This document shows, in pieces, positions 1 through 6,909 of a stretch of 15,763 nt of DNA. Position 1 is the first letter of the stretch. Every line of letters begins with the position of its first letter. The position numbers and the translations under genes were made by a program. Source of the DNA: Meiothermus sp. (GTDB taxonomy: Bacteria > Deinococcota > Deinococci > Deinococcales > Thermaceae); the NCBI GenBank assembly GCA_033762915.1, contig JANRLD010000049.1:1-15763 (forward strand), given 5' to 3'. The notes beneath the pieces are model-generated. The model did no database searches, was not told where the DNA came from, and saw nothing but the letters and a program-made list of their open reading frames with translations.

Positions 1-97
1 TGCACTCCCTCGGCTTGCCGATGTACACGTCCGACCGCGTTCGCAGAAAACCCTTGATCCGCTTCCACTCTGATGCGCTCAGTTTGACCTTTGTCAC
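1..97 (-). CDS. IS5-family transposase, N-terminal part (partial)
   Basis: GTG at 97 gives MTKVKLSASEWKRIKGFLRTRSDVYIGKPREC. The L-S-x-x-E-W-x-x-I start is typical of IS5-family transposases. Runs off the window. Confidence 0.75.
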   Translation of the reverse strand, partial: MTKVKLSASEWKRIKGFLRTRSDVYIGKPREC

Positions 98-132
98 CCA
101 ATAAACCCTACAGCTTTGTCCCTAAATGTCAA
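98..132 (-). promoter_or_regulatory. sigma70-type promoter of the transposase (leaderless)
   Basis: TTGACA (132-127, inside the IR), 16-nt spacer, TG-extended TAGGGT (110-105), then 7 nt to GTG. Confidence 0.6.
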
Positions 133-156
133 CACGGCCTACTATAAATTAGATAT

Positions 157-1200
157 GTGATCGAAAGCATTTCTCCTATCCGGCCTTATCCTCAAAGTTG
201 GCTGGATCGTTTAACCACTTGGGTAGATCGGCTACCTGGCCCTTATTGGGCATACTACGTCGGGTTGTGGCTGGGGCTTTTTGGCATTCTAATCGGTATC
301 AAGTGGAATGATGGAACGCTGCCTGTAGGGACGCTCGATGCTCGTTATCTTGTCTACACCTTGTGGGGCGTTTACATGTTGGGGGTAACCCACTACTTGG
401 ATCGCTTCGCTTCTTTCGCGCTAGGCAATTTCCGGCCCGCCTTAGGCGACGGGGAAGTCAACTTCGCGGCCCTCAACTACCAACTGACCAATTCGCCTCC
501 AGCAGGGACTCTATGGTCGGGCATTTTGTTTTCGGTTTGGACTGCAATACCCGTATCTTTGTCTCCGGGCTACCCCCAGTTATTGGGGATTTTCACCTCA
601 CCCTTGGCTACAGCCTTCGAGTTACCACTGATCTTAATGTATGGCTTTATCACCGGGAGCGCAATTTATCACGTGGTGCATCAACTGGCCACGATCAACC
701 GGATTTACAGTGTTTCTACCAATATCGATCCACTCGCGCCCCAGCCGCTGTATAGCCTATCCAGTCTGGCCTTGCGAACCGCTTTGGCTTCGGCGCTGTT
801 CCAGTATCTTTTTATAGCTGTGAGTCCCGCCTTACTCCACAGCAGTACGACTCTGGCCAACCTCGGCATAGTGGGATTGATCTCCATGGCGATGGTGGTA
901 TGGCCACTGTGGGGAGCCCACCGCCTGCTCTTGAAAGAAAAGATACGTCTATATACCGAGTCCCAGCAGCGCATGAAGCAGGTTTTGATGGAACTGCACG
1001 AGCGGATAGATAGCCGGGCATACGATCAGGTGGATAGCCTGAACAAAACCTCGAGTGCCCTCCAAGCAGAGCTAACTATGCTCGAAAGGTTACCCACTTG
1101 GCCCTGGCAGCCAGACACTCCGCGTTGGCTGCTCACCACCATCCTGTTGCCCCTTTTGGTTTGGTTGAGCCAGCGCATTCTTAGCCGATTGGGACTGTAA
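157..1200 (+). CDS. Hypothetical polytopic membrane protein (347 aa)
   Basis: Long ORF with many hydrophobic segments, a charged helical stretch and a C-terminal PTWPW motif. Visibly lower GC than its neighbours. TAAATT (145-150) lies 6 nt before the GTG. Confidence 0.8.
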   Translation: MIESISPIRPYPQSWLDRLTTWVDRLPGPYWAYYVGLWLGLFGILIGIKWNDGTLPVGTLDARYLVYTLWGVYMLGVTHYLDRFASFALGNFRPALGDGEVNFAALNYQLTNSPPAGTLWSGILFSVWTAIPVSLSPGYPQLLGIFTSPLATAFELPLILMYGFITGSAIYHVVHQLATINRIYSVSTNIDPLAPQPLYSLSSLALRTALASALFQYLFIAVSPALLHSSTTLANLGIVGLISMAMVVWPLWGAHRLLLKEKIRLYTESQQRMKQVLMELHERIDSRAYDQVDSLNKTSSALQAELTMLERLPTWPWQPDTPRWLLTTILLPLLVWLSQRILSRLGL

Positions 1201-1299
1201 TGAACCTGAGTACGTCTGGGGTGCAAATGCATCCCGTTAGGGAGTCAATAGCTTGGTACGGGGTGAAGAAAAGAGACGGTGCCATAGGCTATCCCTCGG

Positions 1300-1350
1300 G
1301 AAGGTGCGGGATGGGTTAAGACTCTCCGTCGTCGCACATCCCGCACCTTC
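1300..1350. terminator. Stem-loop between convergent genes (possible terminator)
   Basis: Perfect 14-bp inverted repeat GAAGGTGCGGGATG (1300-1313) / CATCCCGCACCTTC (1337-1350) with a 23-nt loop. No U-tract. Confidence 0.4.
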
Positions 1351-1354
1351 ATCC

Positions 1355-1462
1355 TCACTCCCCGGCCACAGGTTCACTCTGCTTCTCCGCCAGGTAGAGC
1401 CACGTCTCGAGCACAATGTCCGGGTTCAGCGACATGTTCCCCAACCCCCGCTGCATAACCCA
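1355..1462 (-). pseudogene. ppsA: C-terminal remnant of phosphoenolpyruvate synthase
   Basis: Translates WVMQRGLGNMSLNPDIVLETWLYLAEKQSEPVAGE*, matching the PpsA C-terminal pattern W-L-M-x-x-G-I-D-S-x-S-L-N-P-D-x-V-x-x-T-W-L-x-L-A-E. The rest of the gene is absent. Confidence 0.7.
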
Positions 1463-1513
1463 GTAGGGTGGGCCTTGCCCACCGGCCCCGAAGTGCGGTG
1501 GGCAAGACCTTAC
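1463..1513. repeat. GTAG-type REP-like palindromic doublet
   Basis: GTAG followed by the hairpin GGTGGGC-CTT-GCCCACC (1463-1483), then an inverted degenerate partner CGGTGGGCAAGACCTTAC. 11-bp stem 1474-1484/1496-1506. Confidence 0.55.
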
Positions 1514-2766
1514 GCCCTGGTCTTTACCACCTGGGCTTCGACCAGAGTTTCAATCTGCTCGGCACTGTATCCCAATATCCCCGAAAGCACCTCTGCCGTG
1601 TGCTCGCCCAGCAGGGGCGGATAGCCGGTAGCTTCGGCGGGGGTGCGGGAGAAGTGCTGCAGGGGCGAGCCGACCAGCGGAATGCCACCCAGCAGCGGGT
1701 GCTGGACGGTCTGCCGCATCCCCCTGGCCTGGGCCTGGGGGTCGGAGAAAGCTTCGGCGAGGTTGTAGACCGGGTTGACCGGAACCCCAGCAGCCTTGAG
1801 CGTAGCCACCCAGTGGGCCTTGGGCCGCTCGGCGAAGACCGCCTCGAGTTTGGGCAGCAGCTCGGCGCGGTGGACCACCCGGCTGGCGTTGGTCTGGAAG
1901 CGCGGCTCCTCCCACAGCTCGGGCTGGCCGATGGCCTCGCAGGTACGGCGGTACTGAAGGTCGTTGCCGATGGTCAGCATGAACCAGCCGTCCGAGGCCC
2001 GGAAGGCCCCGTAGGGGACGATCTGCGGGTGGGCGTTGCCCAGGCGGGCCGGAAGTTGATCGGTCACCAGGTAGCTCTGGGCCAGATTGACCATCGCAGC
2101 CAGCCCCACGTCAAACAGGGCCACGTCCAAATGCTGCCCCTGCCCGCTGCGGCTGCGCTCTTGCAGGGCCGCCAGCACCGCAATGGCCCCGTTCATCCCG
2201 GTCATCAGGTCGATCCAGGCCACCGGCACCCGCATCGGCTGGCCCTCCGGCTCCCCGGTGACCGACATGATCCCCACCAGCCCCTGCACCGCCACGTCGT
2301 AGCCCGGCTCGGCCGCCCTGGGGCCGGTCTGCCCATACCCGGTGACGGACAGATACACCAGCCCCGGATTAACCTCCCTCAGGCTGGCGTAGTCCAGGCC
2401 GTACCGCGCCAAATCCCCGGTCTTGAAGTTCTCCACCAGCACGTCGGCCCGCCGCGCCAGTTCCCGCACGATCTCCTGGCCTTCGGGCTCCTTCAAATTA
2501 ACCACCACGCTCTTCTTACCCCGGTTGCACGAGAGGTAATACGCACTCTCCCCCTCCGAGGCCAATGCCCAGTCTTTTTCGCCTTCCTCCCTATTTCCCT
2601 TCTCTTCCCTGCCCAAGAACGGCGGCCCCCAGGTCCGGGTGTCGTCGCCTTTGGGCGGCTCGATCTTCCAGACCTCGGCCCCCAAATCCGCCAGCATCTG
2701 CGTACAAAACGGCCCGGCCAGGATTCTCGAGAGGTCGAGCACCTTTATTCCCGTCAAAGCACCCAT
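1510..2766 (-). CDS. CaiB/BaiF (family III) CoA-transferase, 418 aa
   Basis: MGALTGIKVLDLSRILAGPFCTQMLADLGAEVWKIE, NRGKKS, ADVLVENFK, GYD and PPLLGEHT motifs. Start moved from the ORF-track position 3705 to the ATG at 2766, which has TACTCT 7 nt upstream. Confidence 0.95.
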   Translation of the reverse strand: MGALTGIKVLDLSRILAGPFCTQMLADLGAEVWKIEPPKGDDTRTWGPPFLGREEKGNREEGEKDWALASEGESAYYLSCNRGKKSVVVNLKEPEGQEIVRELARRADVLVENFKTGDLARYGLDYASLREVNPGLVYLSVTGYGQTGPRAAEPGYDVAVQGLVGIMSVTGEPEGQPMRVPVAWIDLMTGMNGAIAVLAALQERSRSGQGQHLDVALFDVGLAAMVNLAQSYLVTDQLPARLGNAHPQIVPYGAFRASDGWFMLTIGNDLQYRRTCEAIGQPELWEEPRFQTNASRVVHRAELLPKLEAVFAERPKAHWVATLKAAGVPVNPVYNLAEAFSDPQAQARGMRQTVQHPLLGGIPLVGSPLQHFSRTPAEATGYPPLLGEHTAEVLSGILGYSAEQIETLVEAQVVKTRA

Positions 2767-2874
2767 GAGCATCAGAGTACCGCAGACGCGAAGACGACCC
2801 ATTCTCTTTCCTCCTTCCACTCCCCTTGACCCTCCGCTCATTCGATTCATCCCCTCTGCTCTAGGATGGAAACG
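2767..2874. promoter_or_regulatory. Divergent leaderless promoters
   Basis: Minus-strand TACTCT (2779-2774) is 7 nt before ATG 2766. Plus-strand TAGGAT (2862-2867) is 7 nt before ATG 2875. No clear Shine-Dalgarno on the minus side. Confidence 0.6.
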
Positions 2875-3501
2875 ATGAGAGGATTGTTCGTCGCGCTTTC
2901 TTTTGTCGCCCTTTTCGCCGTGGCCCAGCGCTTCGCCGCCCTCGAGGTCAAGCCCAACGGCGACTCCGACCTCGACGTGACCACCGGCATCTACACCCTG
3001 CTGGCGGGAGGCAGCATCTCCGACAACCGCAGCAAACTCAGCCTGAGCGCCAGGTACATCCAGTACAAAGACGGCGACTTTATCCGCGCCCGCGAGGCCA
3101 ACTACCAGTCGCCGGAGGGCAACTTCACGGCGGCTACCCTCGAGTACCTCTACGGCCCCGACACCCTGCGGATGAGCGGGGTGCAGATCGCCTCCAGGGA
3201 GCTGAAGGGCCTCAAGGCCCAGAACGGGCTGCTGACCAAGGAGGACATCCTGGTGCTCAAGGGCCAGGTCAGCTCGAGCGAGCCCGCCCTCGAGGCCAGC
3301 ACGCTGGTGGTGGACACCAACCGCAACCAGGCCCTGGTGCTGGGCAGCTTCAGCTTCCGGCAGGGCGGCGCGACCTTGCGCGGCCAGCAGGCCAACGCCA
3401 CCCTGCTGCTCAATTTCGCGGGCGGCAAGGTTCAGGCCAACACCCGCGTCCCCGCCGAGGTGCTGAATCGGCTGCGGCCCTTTGCTGATAGACTGCCGTG
3501 A
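2875..3501 (+). CDS. Secreted beta-rich protein, LptA/LptC (OstA-like beta-jellyroll) candidate
   Basis: Signal peptide MRGLFVALSFVALFAVA and repeated short beta-strand pattern (LSARYIQY, FTAATLEY, LEASTLVVD). First gene of an operon with LptD-like and LptF/G genes. The fold is inferred. Confidence 0.6.
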   Translation: MRGLFVALSFVALFAVAQRFAALEVKPNGDSDLDVTTGIYTLLAGGSISDNRSKLSLSARYIQYKDGDFIRAREANYQSPEGNFTAATLEYLYGPDTLRMSGVQIASRELKGLKAQNGLLTKEDILVLKGQVSSSEPALEASTLVVDTNRNQALVLGSFSFRQGGATLRGQQANATLLLNFAGGKVQANTRVPAEVLNRLRPFADRLP

Positions 3502-5153
3502 TGCAGCGGGGAAGCGGGGAAGCGGGGGAGCGGGGGAGGAGGGACGAGGGGGGAAGACACTTTTCCTTCCCTCTTGCCTCCTCCCTCTCCCCTGTTCTGA
3601 TCTTCCTTTTCGCTCTCCTCTTTCCCCTTTCCCCCGCTCTTGCCCAGCCCTGCACCGAGCAGCCCTACACCCTAACCCTGACCCTCGAGCCCGCCGACAG
3701 CCCAAACACCCCCGACGACCGCGAGAAGGGCGTCCTGGGCGGCAGCAACCTCGAGTACGAGGGCGAGCTGGCGGTCTTCTCCGACGGGGCCTGTTTGCAG
3801 ACGCAGGGGATTTCGATCACGGCCCCGCAGATACGCTTCAGCCAGACCGATGGGGTCGTGCTCATCGAGAACCTCGAGGGCAGCACCCCCCGATTCCGCT
3901 TCTGGGCGGCGCGGGGCACCGTCAAGGGGCGTGTACTCAGCGTCGAGGGGATGCGGGTGACCACCTGCCGCTGCGGGGACGAGTTGCGTCTGATCTCCGA
4001 AAACATCAGCCTGGACACCGGGAGCGGGGACATTGTGCTGAAGAAGAGCCGCCTCGAGCTGTGGGGCATCGGGCTGCTCAGCTTTGAGGGCCTGAGCAGC
4101 AACCTCAGCCGCAACGTGGCCGACGACTTCGGCCTCGGGCGGGTGAGTTCGGACTTTGCCGCGCTGTCCACGCTGCGCTTCGGGATCGACGCGGGGGTCA
4201 GCTTCGGACTGGAGAACCTGGCCCTCCCGCTGGCCCGCGCCCCCGGCCAGGCCCCGGTGCTGCTCACCCTGCTGGGCAGCGGCCTGGGCGGCCCCGGCCC
4301 CAACCTGACCTTCGGCCTCTCTTCCCAGCAGGGCAACCGGCGCGGGCGGTTCGCCATCGAGGGGCAGAACAGCTCGAGCCTGGTCCAGACCCCCAATGTG
4401 TTGTTCAGCCACGACACCCGCGAGGCCCGCTACGGCTTCCGGGCTTCCGAGACCCTGCGCTGGGACAACTTCAGCCTGACCCCTTTCGGCCAGATGGCCC
4501 GGGAGAAGTCCGAGCAGGGACTGGCCTACGGGGCCGAGTTGCGCCACGCGGTGGAGGCCAGGGAGCAGGGCTTTCGGTTTCGCCTCGAGAGCTTCGGGGC
4601 GGCGGTGGGCTACGACCAGCCACAGTTCTACCTGGCCTTCGGGGGGCGCATCGAGGGCGGCTACGAGGGGGCCTTCGGGGTCAAGATGGCCTACGACTGG
4701 GCCATCGACTCGCGCTCGGCCCGCTTCTGGCTCGAGCGCCACGAAGCCGCCCAGCGCTTCAGCCTGGTACTCTCCCAAGGCCCCTCCAGCCTGGGGCTCG
4801 AGTACGATGCCCTGAGCTTTACCAGCACCGCCTTCGCCCGCACCTCGGCCCGCCAGGACTACGGCGAACTCTGGCTGGACACCCGCCTGCGCTACCGCGA
4901 GGGGGCGTGGGAGCGCCAGGAGTTGATCCTGGGCTTTGTCCCCAACCCCCTGACCTGCACCGACTCGCTCAGCCTCTCCCCCACCCTCGGGTATGATTTC
5001 CTGCGCCAGTCGGTCAGCCGCTTCGGCCTCGAGGTGCGCTACGCCGACTGTTGCTTCGTCTGGCGGCTCGGCTACAGCGAGGTCCGCATCCCCCAGGCCG
5101 GGACGGGCGAGGCGGCGACGGGGAAGTGGGTTTTTGGCGTCGAATTACGGTGA
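3498..5153 (+). CDS. LptD-like outer-membrane protein (N-terminal jellyroll plus beta-barrel)
   Basis: Signal peptide ending SPALA-Q, a TTC motif (3960-3968), and C-terminal RYADCCFVWRLGY matching the LptD Cys-Cys strand. Amphipathic aromatic strands end in KWVFGVELR. GTGA overlap with the upstream gene. Confidence 0.7.
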   Translation: MMQRGSGEAGERGRRDEGGRHFSFPLASSLSPVLIFLFALLFPLSPALAQPCTEQPYTLTLTLEPADSPNTPDDREKGVLGGSNLEYEGELAVFSDGACLQTQGISITAPQIRFSQTDGVVLIENLEGSTPRFRFWAARGTVKGRVLSVEGMRVTTCRCGDELRLISENISLDTGSGDIVLKKSRLELWGIGLLSFEGLSSNLSRNVADDFGLGRVSSDFAALSTLRFGIDAGVSFGLENLALPLARAPGQAPVLLTLLGSGLGGPGPNLTFGLSSQQGNRRGRFAIEGQNSSSLVQTPNVLFSHDTREARYGFRASETLRWDNFSLTPFGQMAREKSEQGLAYGAELRHAVEAREQGFRFRLESFGAAVGYDQPQFYLAFGGRIEGGYEGAFGVKMAYDWAIDSRSARFWLERHEAAQRFSLVLSQGPSSLGLEYDALSFTSTAFARTSARQDYGELWLDTRLRYREGAWERQELILGFVPNPLTCTDSLSLSPTLGYDFLRQSVSRFGLEVRYADCCFVWRLGYSEVRIPQAGTGEAATGKWVFGVELR

Positions 5154-5270
5154 ATCCATGAGCAGTTGCGCAAGCGCAAAGGGGTTGTGGAGGGAGGCAA
5201 GGGGAGAAGGGTTCCTCCTTCCTTGCGCCTTCCTCTCCCGCTTCGCCCCCCTCCTCCCTCCTCCCCTGCC

Positions 5271-6416
5271 ATGACCCTCCTCGACCGCTACATCCTCCGC
5301 GAGGCCCTGCCGGTCTTCGTGTTCGGGCTGGCGCTGTACGCGGTACTGGGGGTGCTGACCCAGGTGCTGGCGGTAGTGCAGTGGATCACCAGTGCGCCGC
5401 TGCTCAAGATCGTGCAGTGGATCGGGTTGCAGATGCCGCAGGCGGTGGTGCAGGCCATGCCGATTGCCGGGCTGCTGGCCATCATGTTGGCCTTCGGGCG
5501 GCTCTCGAGGGAGAACGAGCTGCTGGTGATGCAGGCCGGGGGCATCTCGGTGCTGCGGGCGGCCAGGGTGTTTCTGGCGGGTGGTCTGCTCTTGAGCGGG
5601 CTCTCGCTGGTGCTCTCGGAGTACGTGGTGCCCAGCGCCAACCGGGCCAGCGTACTGATGTATTGGAATGAGCTGGTGCCCGAGCGCACCGCGCAATTCC
5701 GGCTGGCCGGGCGCGAGCTGCCGGTGGGCGACTTTATTCTGCGCTTCGAAAGCTTTGACCCGGCCAGCAACACTGTCCAGACGGTGCGCCTCGAGCGCTG
5801 GCAGGGCCAGACCCAGACCGTGATCCTGGCCCAGAGCGCCCAGTTCGTGGGCAACCGCATCGTGCTCAAAGACTACAGAGTGTTCACCCTCGACTTTGCC
5901 CGGCTGCCCCTGCCCGACCTGCAAACCCCAGAGGCCCTACGGGACTACCTGCGCTCGGTCTTCAAGGCCCAGACCGTGGGGCCGCCGGGGGCCGAGCTGC
6001 GGGTGGGCCTGTCCAGTCAAGAGCGGGACGTGCGGGCCGACCTCGAGGCCAGCTTCGCGGGCGGCGGCTTCGGCTCGGGCGTGCGCCTGAGCGAGTGGTG
6101 GCAGCGCATCCAGAACCCCCAGACCGCCCCCAGGGAGCGGCTCGAGGCCCGCGCCCAGTGGCACTCCGGGGTGGCCATCTCCTTCGCCAACCTGCTGGTG
6201 CTGGTGCTGGCCCTTCCGGTGGCGGTGCGCCGCGCGACCAGCCCCGGGGCCGCCCTGGGCATCGCGCTGGTGCTGACGGTGGTCTACTACATCAGCTTCA
6301 CCGTGGGCCGTGCCGCCGGGCTCACCGGCGGCCTTCCTCCGGAGCTGGCGGCCTGGGCGACCAACATTGCGGGGGCGGCGGTGGGCTGGGCGATTGGCAG
6401 GGGGGTATACCGGTAG
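5271..6416 (+). CDS. LptF/LptG family permease (381 aa)
   Basis: MTLLDRYILRE start, FGRLSRENELLVMQAGGIS (EAA-like coupling helix), LSEYVVP, LPPELAAW; 3+3 TM layout. Confidence 0.92.
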   Translation: MTLLDRYILREALPVFVFGLALYAVLGVLTQVLAVVQWITSAPLLKIVQWIGLQMPQAVVQAMPIAGLLAIMLAFGRLSRENELLVMQAGGISVLRAARVFLAGGLLLSGLSLVLSEYVVPSANRASVLMYWNELVPERTAQFRLAGRELPVGDFILRFESFDPASNTVQTVRLERWQGQTQTVILAQSAQFVGNRIVLKDYRVFTLDFARLPLPDLQTPEALRDYLRSVFKAQTVGPPGAELRVGLSSQERDVRADLEASFAGGGFGSGVRLSEWWQRIQNPQTAPRERLEARAQWHSGVAISFANLLVLVLALPVAVRRATSPGAALGIALVLTVVYYISFTVGRAAGLTGGLPPELAAWATNIAGAAVGWAIGRGVYR

Positions 6417-6447
6417 GGCACGGGTGAAACCGGAAAGAGAAAAAGTA

Positions 6448-6747
6448 AGTATCTCCGTAGTTGCAATGCTTCATGTCGCCCGCCAGCTCCCGCACGCCAC
6501 TCCGCCCTGGCACGTATTTTCCGCTTCCGCCGATTCCGCACTTCTACCCTGGCGCAAACTAGACGCAACCCAAAATCCATCTGCAAGTGGCGCCAGGGCG
6601 GGTTTGCGCGGCCGCCGAACGCCGCGACGAGTTGCGCCATAGTGAGATTGCAGGACTTCAGCACAGCCTCATCAGCGAGCGGCTTGTGGGCGCAATTGCC
6701 CGATCCATCGGCGAGTGCGGATGCTGCAATTCCACTATGGAGATACT
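6448..6747. mobile_element. 300-bp non-coding element with imperfect terminal inverted repeats (MITE-like)
   Basis: AGTATCTCCGTAGTTGCAATGC (6448-6469) versus the reverse complement of 6726-6747, AGTATCTCCATAGTGGAATTGC: 18/22 identical. A third internal copy of the core lies at 6637-6653. Confidence 0.5.
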
Positions 6748-6818
6748 ACGCACCTTGCACCTTTTGCCTCCTCACTCCCGTAACGTAACTTCACATAACA
6801 CCGCCCACCACGCTTAAT

Positions 6819-6904
6819 TCCCCCATTTGGGGGTACGCGGGGTGTGCATTTTCGCCCACCATGTTCTGGTAAACCGCTACCCTCGAGGGTAAGTTTGCCT
6901 GGAG
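6819..6904 (+). promoter_or_regulatory. Putative regulatory region of the pilin operon
   Basis: Palindrome CCCCCA-TT-TGGGGG (6820-6833), perfect palindrome TACCCTCGAGGGTA (6878-6891) containing TANNNT, and RBS GGAG at 6901-6904. Confidence 0.4.
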
Positions 6905-6909
6905 CACCA

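Larger units (their letters stand above)
1..141 (-). mobile_element. IS5-family insertion sequence, left end (IRL) plus start of transposase; truncated by window edge
   Basis: Minus strand reads TA-GGCCGTGTTGACATTTAG (141->122), identical to 15623-15642 on the plus strand. It is followed by an ORF resembling an IS5 transposase N-terminus. Confidence 0.85.

Noticed and set aside
1181..1285. Short minus-strand ORF MAPSLFFTPYQAIDSLTG... with an upstream GAGGG
   Set aside because: 34 aa, overlaps the end of the convergent gene and has no recognisable similarity.
1468..2829. Long antisense or alternative-frame ORFs (also 3672..4778, 7159..9033, 9836..10738, 12460..13293, 14028..14924)
   Set aside because: Typical high-GC shadow ORFs overlapping well-supported genes, with no recognisable motifs.
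2767..3705. N-terminal 313 aa of the 731-aa ORF 1510..3705
   Set aside because: It is the antisense shadow of the real plus-strand genes; CoA-transferase homology starts at ATG 2766. Not a fusion protein.
6547..6600. c-di-GMP riboswitch upstream of pilin genes (GCAAAC...GACGCAA resemblance)
   Set aside because: The GNRA tetraloop stem and receptor of class I and the class II pattern are not visible. An Rfam scan would settle it.
6844..6909. 22-aa N-terminal extension of the PilX-like ORF
   Set aside because: The RBS and short class III leader point to ATG 6910.
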